This document shows positions 44,780 through 56,561 of a DNA stretch of 64,000 nucleotides, one piece after another (the first letter of the stretch is position 1; each line of letters opens with the position of its first letter). The translations under genes were made by a program, and so were the position numbers. The DNA lies in NCBI GenBank assembly GCA_942492765.1, contig OW818634.1, positions 729,159-793,158 of the forward strand, given 5' to 3'. This DNA is from an uncultured bacterium (GTDB lineage Bacteria > Patescibacteriota > Patescibacteriia > Patescibacteriales > UBA12465). Under the pieces are notes generated by a model that worked only from the letters and a program-made list of their open reading frames with translations, was not told where the DNA came from and searched no databases.

Positions 44780-44932
44780 ATGTGCAATTTCTTCAAGAAG
44801 CTTTTTGGCGGTTGTTGCTGTTCTAAGCACGATGACTGCTGTTCCAAACAAGATGAGTGCTGTTCTAAGCACGATGACTGCTGCCATCATGATGAGAAGC
44901 CCGAAGCCGCTAAAGAAGAGATAAAGAAGTAA
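44780..44932 (+). CDS. Small Cys/His/Asp-rich peptide (50 aa) built of CCSK(H/Q)D(D/E) heptads
   Basis: MCNFFKKLFGGCCCSKHDDCCSKQDECCSKHDDCCHHDEKPEAAKEEIKK. It is preceded by TTGACT-16-TAAACT (44718-44745). The upstream GTG start in the ORF track is less likely. Confidence 0.5.
   Translation: MCNFFKKLFGGCCCSKHDDCCSKQDECCSKHDDCCHHDEKPEAAKEEIKK
44816..44878 (+). repeat. Three tandem 21-bp repeats inside the Cys-rich ORF
   Basis: Units 1 and 3 are identical (TGCTGTTCTAAGCACGATGAC). Unit 2 is TGCTGTTCCAAACAAGATGAG. Confidence 0.9.
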
Positions 44933-44940
44933 GAAAAGCC

Positions 44941-45792
44941 ATGTTCATAGATACCCATGCTCATGTGAACTTTGCCGCTTTCAAAGACGACGCTGACGAA
45001 GTCATCCGTCGTTCTTTGGGTAATAACACTTGGATGGTTCTGGTCGGCTCTGAAATCAAGACTTCGACGCGCGCCCTTAATTACGCGAATAAGTATGAAA
45101 AGGGCGTTTACGCCGCTATCGGTTTGCATCCAGTCCATCTTGAAGACGGCTCAATCGACACCGGCGAAGACGGCGCTAATTCCAGTTTTGTCTCGCGCGC
45201 CGAAGAATTCGATTATGGCAGCTATGAGAAGCTGGCAAAATTTGAGAAGGTCGTGGCCATCGGCGAGATCGGGTTGGATTACTATCATCTTGATCCAGCC
45301 AAAGATTTGCCGGCGATCAAGAAGAAGCAGCATGAGATATTTGCTCAGCAATTGCTCTTAGCTCGCAGTCTAGATCTGCCAGCCATCATCCATTGCCGCC
45401 AAGCCCATGACGATTTGCTCACGATTCTCACCGAATTCAAGAAAGAATACGGCCACCTAATTCCGGCTGATCGTCCCTGGGGAGTCATTCATTGCTTTTC
45501 CGGCGATGAGGATCTAGCTTGGAAATATTTCCGGCTCGGCCTTCTTATCTCCTTTACGGGGCTCATCACTTTCAGCAAGCAATGGGATGACCTGATCCGG
45601 AAGATTCCTTTGGATAAGATGATGATCGAGACCGATACTCCTTATATGACCCCGGAACCTTACCGCGGCCAGCGCAATGAACCGGTCCTCGTCCAATATG
45701 TCGCTAATCGGATCGCCGATATCAGGGGGATAAAGCTAGAAAAGGTAGCGGAGGTGACCACGGCGACCGCTCGCAATTTCTTCAGAATTTAG
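44941..45792 (+). CDS. tatD: TatD-family metal-dependent hydrolase/DNase
   Basis: MFIDTHAHVNF, GEIGLDY, IHCR and ETDTPYM motifs. Confidence 0.9.
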   Translation: MFIDTHAHVNFAAFKDDADEVIRRSLGNNTWMVLVGSEIKTSTRALNYANKYEKGVYAAIGLHPVHLEDGSIDTGEDGANSSFVSRAEEFDYGSYEKLAKFEKVVAIGEIGLDYYHLDPAKDLPAIKKKQHEIFAQQLLLARSLDLPAIIHCRQAHDDLLTILTEFKKEYGHLIPADRPWGVIHCFSGDEDLAWKYFRLGLLISFTGLITFSKQWDDLIRKIPLDKMMIETDTPYMTPEPYRGQRNEPVLVQYVANRIADIRGIKLEKVAEVTTATARNFFRI

Positions 45793-45827
45793 CCGTAAAA
45801 GCGGCTTCGACCCTAAAAATCGGAGGG

Positions 45828-45856
45828 TTGACACTTAGGGTTTTTTGCGCTATAAA
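45828..45856 (+). promoter_or_regulatory. Putative promoter of the atp operon
   Basis: TTGACA, 17-nt spacer, TATAAA. Confidence 0.5.
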
Positions 45857-45882
45857 TGAGTTGTTAAAAACAAGCAAAATAT

Positions 45883-46152
45883 ATGAAAAATGAATCCTGG
45901 AGCTTAGCCCTGAAAGTTATGGCTAATATTTCAGGCTGGATCGCTTTTCCAGTCATTATCGGCCTGTTTTTAGGACGCTGGCTCGATAGGCGCTTCGGAA
46001 CCGAGCCTTGGCTGTTCTTGACGACTATCGGAGCTTGCTTCATCATTTCCATCTACGGCCTAGTCATTAACTCGCTTAAAGAATTTAAGAAGATCGAAAA
46101 AGATTACGCCGCGGAAAAAGCTGCCAAGCTGGAAGCGGCCGAGAAGAAATAA
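45883..46152 (+). CDS. AtpZ/AtpI-like small membrane protein preceding the ATP synthase operon
   Basis: Two TM helices with GLFLGRWLDRRFGTEPWLFL, typical of the ATPase_gene1-type proteins found upstream of atpB. Confidence 0.6.
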   Translation: MKNESWSLALKVMANISGWIAFPVIIGLFLGRWLDRRFGTEPWLFLTTIGACFIISIYGLVINSLKEFKKIEKDYAAEKAAKLEAAEKK

Positions 46153-46158
46153 TTTAAC

Positions 46159-46983
46159 TTGAATAAAATGGCGGGAGAAGAAATTATCCATGAGAATACT
46201 TTGTATGCCGAACCGATAGCCCATATCGGCGAGTTTCCTATTACGAACGCGCTTGCGACTTCGACGGTTGCCTTGGTTATTATCGTAATCTTGGGGCTGC
46301 TCATCGGCCGCAATATCAAGAAGGTTCCGACCGGCTTGCAGAACGCGCTCGAAATGATTATCGAAGGGTTCTTGGGAATATTCGATGGCGTCACCGGCAG
46401 CCGCAAGAAATCGATGCAGTTTGCGCCTGTCGTCTTGGCTTTTTTCTTCTTCATTCTTATAAATAATTGGATGGGCATCCTGCCTGGCGTCGGTTCTATC
46501 GGCCAGATTGCCTCGGAACACGGTGAGAAGATCTTTATTCCTTATCTGCGCGGCGGCACAGCTGATCTCAATACGACTTTGGCCTTGGCTACTTTAGGCG
46601 TCGTGTTGAGCCATATCATGGGCGTGCTCGCTATCGGTTGGTGGAAATATCTGAATAAGTTCATCAACATAAAAGCGTTCTTGGAAATACCTAAGAAGAT
46701 AATGAAGGATCCGATGATAATCTTGGTCAATCCGATCAAGGCTTTCGTCGGCATCATCGAGATCATCGGCGAGATGGCGAAGATCGCCAGCCTCTCCTTC
46801 CGTTTATTCGGCAATGTCTTCGCCGGCGAAGTCCTGCTCGCTTCTATGTCCGCTATCATGGCTTATGGCGTTCCGATTCCGTTCTTATTCCTGGAAGTCC
46901 TGGTCGGCCTGATTCAAGCGCTTATCTTCGCGATGTTGATTTTGACATATCTGACTATCAACACCACAGCGGAAGAACACTAA
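46159..46983 (+). CDS. atpB: F0F1 ATP synthase subunit a
   Basis: Conserved LSFRLFGNVFAGE motif with the essential Arg. The start is TTG at 46159 or ATG at 46168. Confidence 0.9.
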   Translation: MNKMAGEEIIHENTLYAEPIAHIGEFPITNALATSTVALVIIVILGLLIGRNIKKVPTGLQNALEMIIEGFLGIFDGVTGSRKKSMQFAPVVLAFFFFILINNWMGILPGVGSIGQIASEHGEKIFIPYLRGGTADLNTTLALATLGVVLSHIMGVLAIGWWKYLNKFINIKAFLEIPKKIMKDPMIILVNPIKAFVGIIEIIGEMAKIASLSFRLFGNVFAGEVLLASMSAIMAYGVPIPFLFLEVLVGLIQALIFAMLILTYLTINTTAEEH

Positions 46984-46992
46984 AATTATTAA

Positions 46993-47259
<267 letters not shown>

Positions 47260-47339
47260 TATTTTGACGGATTTCTCCTGAGTTTCTCGGGAGAAAGCGC
47301 TAGATTATTATCACGGCCGGTCTAACGGCTAATATAAAT

Positions 47340-47828
47340 ATGGAATCATTAATCTCAACTTTCCACGTCGACATCAGATTGCTGGCCGCTCAGCTGGTCA
47401 ATTTCGCTATCGTATTTTCAGTCTTATATTTCTTCGCTTTCAAGCCCTTAGTCAAAGTCATGGCTGAGAGAACCGAGAAGATCGATAAGAGCTTGAAGGA
47501 CGCTGATGCGATCGAAAAGCGCTTAGCGCTGACCGAAAAGGAACGCGAAGACATCATTGCGGCCGCCAAGAAGCAGGCTAATCTGATAATCGAGGAAGCG
47601 GATAAGCGCGGCGAAGAAAGGAAGGGAGAGCTTATCGCCAAAGCCAAGGAAGAGATCGGCCAGGTGATCAATAACGAGAAAGCCAAGCTCGCCAGCGAAA
47701 AAGCTGAAACCTTGAAAGAGATCAAAAAAGAAGTGGCTGAATTAGTAATCCTGACGACCGAGAAGCTATTGAATGAAAAGATGAATGGCGATAAAGATAG
47801 AGAATTGATTAAGAAATTGGTTAAGTAA
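47340..47828 (+). CDS. atpF: F0F1 ATP synthase subunit b
   Basis: N-terminal TM helix followed by a long charged helix. Its operon position matches. Confidence 0.85.
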   Translation: MESLISTFHVDIRLLAAQLVNFAIVFSVLYFFAFKPLVKVMAERTEKIDKSLKDADAIEKRLALTEKEREDIIAAAKKQANLIIEEADKRGEERKGELIAKAKEEIGQVINNEKAKLASEKAETLKEIKKEVAELVILTTEKLLNEKMNGDKDRELIKKLVK

Positions 47829-47830
47829 TT

Positions 47831-48232
47831 ATGAAGATATCCGTTCAACAATACGCGGCTAGCCTATTTGAAGCCGTTGCCGGCAAATCCGAGAAGGAAG
47901 CTAAGGCGGCGGTGAAGAATTTTGTCGCGATCCTGGGCAGGAATCGGGAACTCAGCAAGGAAGCGGCGATCATTGCGGCCTTCAATGAGATCTGGAATCG
48001 GGAGCACGGCGAAATCATGGCGACTCTTTCGAGCGCGCGTGAATTGGGTCAGACCGCCCGCGAGTCCATCGTCGAATATCTGAAAGAGAAGACGGCGGCG
48101 AAGAAGATAAATCTCGATGAGAAGATAGATAAGGGATTGCTCGGCGGATTCGTGCTCAGATACGGGAGCAAGGTGTTGGATGGAAGCCTGAAGAACAGCC
48201 TTGATTCCTTGAAGAATAAAATTAGCAATTAA
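47831..48232 (+). CDS. atpH: F0F1 ATP synthase subunit delta (short, 133 aa)
   Basis: Lies between atpF and atpA. The C-terminal GGFVLRYGSKVLDGSLKNSL matches the OSCP/delta signature. Confidence 0.75.
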   Translation: MKISVQQYAASLFEAVAGKSEKEAKAAVKNFVAILGRNRELSKEAAIIAAFNEIWNREHGEIMATLSSARELGQTARESIVEYLKEKTAAKKINLDEKIDKGLLGGFVLRYGSKVLDGSLKNSLDSLKNKISN

Positions 48233-48265
48233 GAATAAATAAGCATAAATATTTAGCATAAACGT

Positions 48266-49789
48266 ATGTCAACTACAAAGGATTTCATCGTCGAACAGCT
48301 GAAAGAGGAAATATCCGGCTTTAAAGCTGAAGTGAGCGAAAAATCAGTCGGAAAAGTATTGAAGGTTTCCGACGGCATCGCGCTCGTTTCTGGATTGGCC
48401 GAAGCGATGATGAGCGAAATTTTGATTTTTAAAACCGAAACCGCTGAAGTTACGGGCGTCGCTTTGAATCTGGAAGAAAGCCAGGTCGGCGCCATTATTC
48501 TCGGCGACTACACTGCCATTAAAGAGGGCGATGAGGTTATCGCGACTAAGCGCATTCTCGAAGTTCCGGTCGGCGAAAACATGATCGGACGCGTGGTCAA
48601 TCCTCTCGGGGAACCCATGGATGGCAAAGGCAAGATCGAGACCTCTAAGTTCTATCCGATTGAAAAGATCGCTCCGGGCGTCATTACCCGCGCTTCCGTC
48701 AAAGAGCCGGTCCAGACCGGCGTCAAAGCTATCGACGCCATGATTCCGATCGGCCGCGGTCAGAGAGAACTGATCATCGGCGACCGTCAATTGGGCAAGA
48801 CTGCTTTGGCCATCGACACCATCATCAATCAGAAAGGCCAGAACATGAAATGTATCTACGTTGCTATCGGCCAGAAAGAATCCAAGGTCGCTAATATCGT
48901 CACTAAATTGACTGAGGCTGGCGCCATGGATTATACGACTATCGTGTTGGCCGGCGCTTCTACTTCCGCTTCCTTATTATATATCGCGCCTTACGCCGGC
49001 TGCGCTATGGCTGAATACTTCTTGGATAAGGGCGAAGACGTATTAATCATTTACGATGATTTATCTAAGCATGCCGTCTCTTATCGTGAAATTTCTCTCT
49101 TATTGAGAAGACCTCCGGGACGCGAAGCTTACCCGGGCGATGTCTTTTACCTTCACTCCCGTTTATTGGAACGCGCTTGTAAATTGAATAAAGATTTTGG
49201 CGGCGGTTCGATTACGGCTCTTCCGATCATTGAAACTCAGGCTGGAGACTTATCCGCCTATATTCCGACTAACGTTATTTCCATTACTGACGGTCAGATC
49301 TTCTTGGAACCAGACCTGTTCTATAAGGGCAATCGTCCGGCCGTTAATGCCGGTTTGTCTGTTTCTCGTGTCGGTTCTTCTGCCCAGATCAAGGCGATGA
49401 AGAAAGTCGCCGGCAAGATGCGTTTAGAAGCGGCCCAGTATCGCGAGCTTGCGGCTTTTGCCCAGTTCGGTTCTGATCTTGATTCTGAGACTCAGAAGAA
49501 ACTGGAAAGAGGCAAGCGCTTATACGAAATCTTTAAGCAGGATCAATATCAGCCTTTATCCGTCGCTAAGCAGGTCGCTGCATATTACGCGCTCATCAAC
49601 GGCTTCATGGATAATGTTCCGGTCGAGAAGATTAGAGAATTCGAAGCCGGCTTATATAAGTATGCCGATCTAAATGACGCCGTCTTGAAGGCGATCGAGA
49701 CCAAGAAAGAATTGGACGCTGAAGTCGAGGCTGGCTTGAAGAAATTGATCGATGATTATAAAGCAACAGTTGATTACTTAATAAAGTAA
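48266..49789 (+). CDS. atpA: F0F1 ATP synthase subunit alpha
   Basis: GDRQLGKT Walker A plus conserved alpha-subunit blocks. Confidence 0.98.
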   Translation: MSTTKDFIVEQLKEEISGFKAEVSEKSVGKVLKVSDGIALVSGLAEAMMSEILIFKTETAEVTGVALNLEESQVGAIILGDYTAIKEGDEVIATKRILEVPVGENMIGRVVNPLGEPMDGKGKIETSKFYPIEKIAPGVITRASVKEPVQTGVKAIDAMIPIGRGQRELIIGDRQLGKTALAIDTIINQKGQNMKCIYVAIGQKESKVANIVTKLTEAGAMDYTTIVLAGASTSASLLYIAPYAGCAMAEYFLDKGEDVLIIYDDLSKHAVSYREISLLLRRPPGREAYPGDVFYLHSRLLERACKLNKDFGGGSITALPIIETQAGDLSAYIPTNVISITDGQIFLEPDLFYKGNRPAVNAGLSVSRVGSSAQIKAMKKVAGKMRLEAAQYRELAAFAQFGSDLDSETQKKLERGKRLYEIFKQDQYQPLSVAKQVAAYYALINGFMDNVPVEKIREFEAGLYKYADLNDAVLKAIETKKELDAEVEAGLKKLIDDYKATVDYLIK

Positions 49790-49793
49790 GAAC

Positions 49794-52129
<2,336 letters not shown>

Positions 52130-52132
52130 TCT

Positions 52133-52576
52133 ATGTCTAACAAGACTATAAAATTCGAGATCGTGACGCCGGAACGCGTAGTGCTCTCGCAGGATATCCT
52201 GCAGATCAGCGTGCCGACGACTAGCGGTGAGATAACCGTCTTACCTGATCATATTCCCTTGGTTTCAGTCTTGAAGCCGGGCGTTATCGAGATCAAGCTA
52301 GCGGACAATACGTCGGAAATCATGTCGACTTCCGGCGGATTCATCGAAGTCATGAAAGATAAGGTTGTCATTCTGGCCGATACTGCGGAAAGAGCGGAAG
52401 AACTCGATGAAGAGCGCATCAAGGCGGCCCAAGCGCGCGCTGAGAATCTCAAGGAAGAGGCGCGGAATGTTGATGATGTCCAGTTCGCAGCTGTCGCTGC
52501 CAAACTTGAAAAGGAATTGGCTCGTCTGCGCGCGGTCAATCGCTGGAGAAGATTAAAGGGAATAGATAATAAATAA
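52133..52576 (+). CDS. atpC: F0F1 ATP synthase subunit epsilon
   Basis: The N-terminal beta sandwich (FEIVTPERVV...) and C-terminal helices match epsilon. It is the last gene of the operon. Confidence 0.9.
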   Translation: MSNKTIKFEIVTPERVVLSQDILQISVPTTSGEITVLPDHIPLVSVLKPGVIEIKLADNTSEIMSTSGGFIEVMKDKVVILADTAERAEELDEERIKAAQARAENLKEEARNVDDVQFAAVAAKLEKELARLRAVNRWRRLKGIDNK

Positions 52577-52599
52577 TATATAGATTTTAGTACATTATA

Positions 52600-53418
52600 A
52601 TGCATCATATGTCTAACTCAATCGAAAACATGCACATGGAAAAAGGACACGAGAATAATCTTGTCGATCAGGGCTGGGAAAAGGCTCGCCAGAATGAGCT
52701 GATCAAGCGCCTAGATTCAGGAGAGAATATCCAGGGAATCATGGAATCCTTTCCGGAATTCAAGGAGGCTTTCAAGGCGCTAGACACTATCGACTGTTCC
52801 GACGGGCGCGTGCTCAAGGGCCGGAAGATGGGCATCGCTGGTAGCGGCCTCTTATTGCCGGAAGCGGAAAGAGCGACGTTCGTCTCTCACTTCAAAGGCA
52901 AAATCGAGACTATTACGACTCATTCTGATTGCGGCGCGGCCGCCCTCAAATTCAATTCCTTAAAACAAGAAGAGATTCCCGAGGGTGTGAAGACTGCTGA
53001 CGAATACGGGACTTATTGTGGTCGGAAATTAGCCGAAGATCTGGGAGCAAAACACGAATATCTGGATCGCGACGAGATGGCTAACGAATACCACAATGAA
53101 ACTGCTATCGTTATTGATCAGACCGGAGAATTCGACTCCACTAATCTAGAGGGTTTCCCCGCTCATTTCGTCTGTACTGGTGCCGGCTTAGGCTTTAGTC
53201 CGGAATATATGAAATCAGAGGTGAAGACTCTGGCTGGAATCGCCTTAGGGCATCATGGCTTCGGCGATCGTTTCGACTCTGCTAATCCGTTGCGCGTCAT
53301 CGTCGCGGCCAAAGATCAGGCACAGCTTGATCGCTGGATCGAGATCGGCCAAGAGGCTATCAAAGACTTCGGCGCTCGCGTCAAAGTCGATGGCTTCATC
53401 GCCCCCGAGAAGGAATAA
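52600..53418 (+). CDS. Hypothetical protein with beta-carbonic-anhydrase-like zinc motifs
   Basis: CSDGR (CxDxR) is followed 42 residues later by HSDCG (HxxCG). These are the two motifs that supply the Cys/His/Cys zinc ligands and the Asp-Arg dyad in beta-class carbonic anhydrases. The rest is not recognisably similar by eye. Confidence 0.4.
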   Translation: MHHMSNSIENMHMEKGHENNLVDQGWEKARQNELIKRLDSGENIQGIMESFPEFKEAFKALDTIDCSDGRVLKGRKMGIAGSGLLLPEAERATFVSHFKGKIETITTHSDCGAAALKFNSLKQEEIPEGVKTADEYGTYCGRKLAEDLGAKHEYLDRDEMANEYHNETAIVIDQTGEFDSTNLEGFPAHFVCTGAGLGFSPEYMKSEVKTLAGIALGHHGFGDRFDSANPLRVIVAAKDQAQLDRWIEIGQEAIKDFGARVKVDGFIAPEKE

Positions 53419-53436
53419 TCAGAATTTTTCTATTTT

Positions 53437-53465
53437 AAAAAGACCGCTCAAAACGGTCTTTTTTA
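53437..53465 (+). terminator. Rho-independent terminator
   Basis: Stem AAGACCG / CGGTCTT with a 7-nt loop, followed by a T-run. Confidence 0.8.
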
Positions 53466-53522
53466 TTGTCTTCAAATAAGCTATAATTTAAGCGAAAAGA
53501 CTAATTCTAATCATTTAGTGAT

Positions 53523-54104
53523 ATGCGCGTCAATAAATTTTATAAACTCCTGATTTCCGCTTACTGTCTTTCCAGCTTCAGCGAAGGTATTATCCTGCCG
53601 ATCTATGCGATCTTCGTACAGAAGGTCGGTGGCGACATTCTTGAGGCCTCCGGTGCCATGGCCCTCTTCTTGCTGGTAGAAGGAATATTTACCATACTGG
53701 TTCATCGTTTTCACTGGAGCAAGAAGCATAGGCGCCTGATGCTCATCGGCGGCTGGATTATCTGGGTTTTGGGCATTTTCCTTTATTTCTTCATTTCTAA
53801 TATTCTCACTTTGTTGATTACTCAGGTGTTTACGGCCATAGGCAATGCAGTTGCGGATCCGGTCTTTGATGCGGAGCTAGCCGAAAACACCGATCGCGGT
53901 CATGAAGAATTCGAGTATGGCTTCTTCGAAGGGTCAAAGTCTATTTTAGATGGAATTGCTGCGCTGCTCGGTGGTGTCATCGTCGCTATCTTTGGCTTCA
54001 AAGTACTGATAATCGTTATGGTTTCGACGGCGACCGTTTCTTTGGGCTTGATTCTTATTTATGCTCGCAAGAAGAAGACTCCTTGGTTGGCGAAGTTCAT
54101 CTAA
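53523..54104 (+). CDS. Six-TM membrane protein (half-size MFS-like)
   Basis: 193 aa with about 6 hydrophobic helices. No diagnostic motif. Confidence 0.4.
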   Translation: MRVNKFYKLLISAYCLSSFSEGIILPIYAIFVQKVGGDILEASGAMALFLLVEGIFTILVHRFHWSKKHRRLMLIGGWIIWVLGIFLYFFISNILTLLITQVFTAIGNAVADPVFDAELAENTDRGHEEFEYGFFEGSKSILDGIAALLGGVIVAIFGFKVLIIVMVSTATVSLGLILIYARKKKTPWLAKFI

Positions 54105-54119
54105 CAGTTGTGAATTAAG

Positions 54120-54145
54120 AAAGAGCGGCTCTAGAGCCGCTCTTT
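54120..54145. terminator. Bidirectional terminator (26-bp perfect palindrome)
   Basis: AAAGAGCGGCTCT/AGAGCCGCTCTTT lies between convergent genes. Confidence 0.85.
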
Positions 54146-54171
54146 TTGCTTGATAACATTGGGAATGTTTA

Positions 54172-54963
54172 TTATTTCAGAAAAATCCAGGCAAAGATAA
54201 TCGCACCCAAGACTATCCGATACCAACCGAAAAGCGCGAAATCGTTTTTTTGGATGAACTTGATGAAGAACTTGATGCCGATGACGGCGGTGATGAAGGC
54301 AGTGACGAAACCGATAGCCCAGATTATCAGGTCTTGTCCGCTCAGAGCGCCGATAAGATTGCGGCTTTCATAGAGGTCGAATCCGGTAGCCGCCGCCATG
54401 GTCGGGATGGCTAAGAGAAATGAAAACTCGACGATATTTTTCCGGCTGATTCCGAGGCCGAGACCGCCGAGAATGGTTGCGGCCGAACGGGAAACGCCGG
54501 GAATCATAGCCAGGGATTGGCAGGCGCCAATAGCGACGGCCTGGTTATAGGTCATAGTCCCTAGATCTTTTTCTGACGCCGCTCCTGATTTTTTAGAATA
54601 GTATTTTTCTAAGATGATGATAGCTAAGCCGCCGACAAGCAAAGCTCCCGCGATCAGAGTGAAATTTTCCATCAGATAATTTTTTACTATCTTGTATAGA
54701 GCTAGGCCGATGATCGAAGTCGTGATAAAAGCGGCGCCGATTTTGAAGATGATATCCCATGAGCTCCAGATTCTTTTCCAATAGAGGATGACGACCGCGA
54801 GAATCGCGCCGAGCTGGATAGAGATAGTGAAGGTTTTTAAGAATTCAGTGGCCGGAATCTTCATCCAGGCACTCGCGAGTATCATGTGTGCTGTGGAAGA
54901 GATAGGTAGGAATTCGGTTAGCCCCTCGATGATACCAAGAATCAGGCCGTGGAAGATAGTCAT
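54172..54963 (-). CDS. uppP: Undecaprenyl-diphosphate phosphatase
   Basis: The N-terminus GIIEGLTEFLPISSTAHM and the PGVSRSAATI motif are typical of BacA/UppP. Confidence 0.9.
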   Translation of the reverse strand: MTIFHGLILGIIEGLTEFLPISSTAHMILASAWMKIPATEFLKTFTISIQLGAILAVVILYWKRIWSSWDIIFKIGAAFITTSIIGLALYKIVKNYLMENFTLIAGALLVGGLAIIILEKYYSKKSGAASEKDLGTMTYNQAVAIGACQSLAMIPGVSRSAATILGGLGLGISRKNIVEFSFLLAIPTMAAATGFDLYESRNLIGALSGQDLIIWAIGFVTAFITAVIGIKFFIKFIQKNDFALFGWYRIVLGAIIFAWIFLK

Positions 54964-55106
54964 ATTTTTATAGTTATGCTCTTATTTTACTATAAAAATC
55001 AGGTTGTTGATAGATTGACATGAAGTGCTTAATCTATCAGATGTCCGAGTTTTATTTTAGCCCGCTCTTTGCTATAATATACTCATCTATTTACTAGTAT
55101 TTTGCT

Positions 55107-55607
55107 ATGCTAAAATCTGCTAAAAAAACGAAAAAAATCTCAAAAAAACCAATAGTCGTGGCTGTTTCCGGCTATTTTAATCCGCTTCATGTCGGTCATT
55201 TGGAAATGATCCAAAAATCCAAGAAATTGGGCGACGAATTGGTGGTGATTATCAATAATGATTTTCAAGTTTCCTTGAAGGGCAGTGTGCCGTTCATGTC
55301 GCTAGTTGATCGGGTTAAGATAATCAAGGCCTTGCGCGATGTCGACCGCGTTTTTATTTCTATTGATAAGGACAAGACTGTCTGCAAATCTTTAGCTAAA
55401 GTCCGGCCAGATATCTTCGCTAATGGCGGCGACCGCCATAGCATCGGCGACGTTCCCGAATATACCGTCTGTAAAAAATATGGGATCAAGATGGTTGATG
55501 GCCTCGGCAAGAAGATTCGCGCCAGCTCTCAGCTCATCGCTAACGCCGCTGCGCTTAAAGCGCAGAAGGCCGCAGAAATGAAAGCCGCTGGAGTGACCAA
55601 AAAATAA
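55107..55607 (+). CDS. Cytidylyltransferase-family nucleotidyltransferase (RfaE domain II / TagD-like)
   Basis: SGYFNPLHVGHLEM (HxGH motif) in a roughly 130-aa Rossmann-like core. The C-terminal tail is Ala/Lys-rich. Confidence 0.65.
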   Translation: MLKSAKKTKKISKKPIVVAVSGYFNPLHVGHLEMIQKSKKLGDELVVIINNDFQVSLKGSVPFMSLVDRVKIIKALRDVDRVFISIDKDKTVCKSLAKVRPDIFANGGDRHSIGDVPEYTVCKKYGIKMVDGLGKKIRASSQLIANAAALKAQKAAEMKAAGVTKK

Positions 55608-55609
55608 TT

Positions 55610-56557
55610 ATGAGAAAATTGATAAAATACTTTTCCATCGTTGTTGCGGTGCTGGTCATGACTGTCATCATTGTCGGCTTTTTCTATATCCGCTCTGTCT
55701 ATAAGGCGCTGGTTACTGATAATGAGAAGAATTTTCCGCCGTTTATCGTCAGCCTCATTGATAAGTTGGCGCGGCGTGAACCAGCTCCGGCTATCCAGCC
55801 TCCGGCCGAAGAGACTATCCGAGTATTAGAGGGCTGGACTAATAGCGATATCGCTCGCTATTTCGCCAGCGAAGGAAAATGGTCGAGCAATCAATTTTTA
55901 GAAGCCGCTGGTTTGCCACGAGTTGATTATCGTTATAATAAGAAAGCTCCAGTTTTGAAAGATTGGTCGGATGAATTTTCGTTCTTGGCGGATAAACCAA
56001 AATATTACGGCCTGGAGGGCTATCTGTTTCCAGACACTTACCGGATCTACGCCAGCTCGACAGTAGCGGATGTGATTGAGAAGATGCTAGGTAATTTTGA
56101 TGCTAAGCTGACCGCTAAGATGCGCACGGATATCAAGAAGCAAGGGAAGAGCATCTATGAGATCATTACCATGGCCTCTATCATCGAGAAAGAAGCGCCG
56201 ATAAATTATCAGAAAGATGATAATCGCGACGCCCGCATCATTTCGGGCATATTCTGGAATCGCTTAGAGATCGGAATAGCCTTGGGTTCAGATGCAACTT
56301 TGACCTATATTTTCGGCGATAATGACCCCGCCCATAGCATCAAGGACACGAAAGTTGATTCTCCATATAATACGTATAAATATCGCGGCTTGCCACCCGG
56401 ACCGATATGTAATCCTGGCATTGTGGCTATTGAAGCGGCGATTTACCCGCTAGCGACTGATTATCTTTATTTTTTAACACCATTAGGCAAGAACGAAGTT
56501 ATCTATGCTCACACCAACGAGGAACATTCAGCGAATAAATATAAATATTTGAAATAA
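55610..56557 (+). CDS. mltG: Endolytic murein transglycosylase MltG (YceG-like)
   Basis: N-terminal TM helix, GYLFPDTY, ASIIEKEA, SPYNTY and GLPPGPICNPG motifs. Confidence 0.9.
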   Translation: MRKLIKYFSIVVAVLVMTVIIVGFFYIRSVYKALVTDNEKNFPPFIVSLIDKLARREPAPAIQPPAEETIRVLEGWTNSDIARYFASEGKWSSNQFLEAAGLPRVDYRYNKKAPVLKDWSDEFSFLADKPKYYGLEGYLFPDTYRIYASSTVADVIEKMLGNFDAKLTAKMRTDIKKQGKSIYEIITMASIIEKEAPINYQKDDNRDARIISGIFWNRLEIGIALGSDATLTYIFGDNDPAHSIKDTKVDSPYNTYKYRGLPPGPICNPGIVAIEAAIYPLATDYLYFLTPLGKNEVIYAHTNEEHSANKYKYLK

Positions 56558-56561
56558 CTTT

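Noticed and set aside
46060-46521. 153-aa and 124-aa minus-strand ORFs over the atpZ-like/atpB junction, and the 153-aa minus-strand ORF at 47390-47851 over atpF
   Set aside because: They are antisense to the conserved ATP synthase operon. Their products are compositionally biased, so they are considered spurious.
47272-47296. 9-bp stem-loop after atpE as a terminator
   Set aside because: No T-run follows it, and it lies inside a conserved operon. At most it is an mRNA-stability or processing hairpin, and it is not distinctive enough to call.
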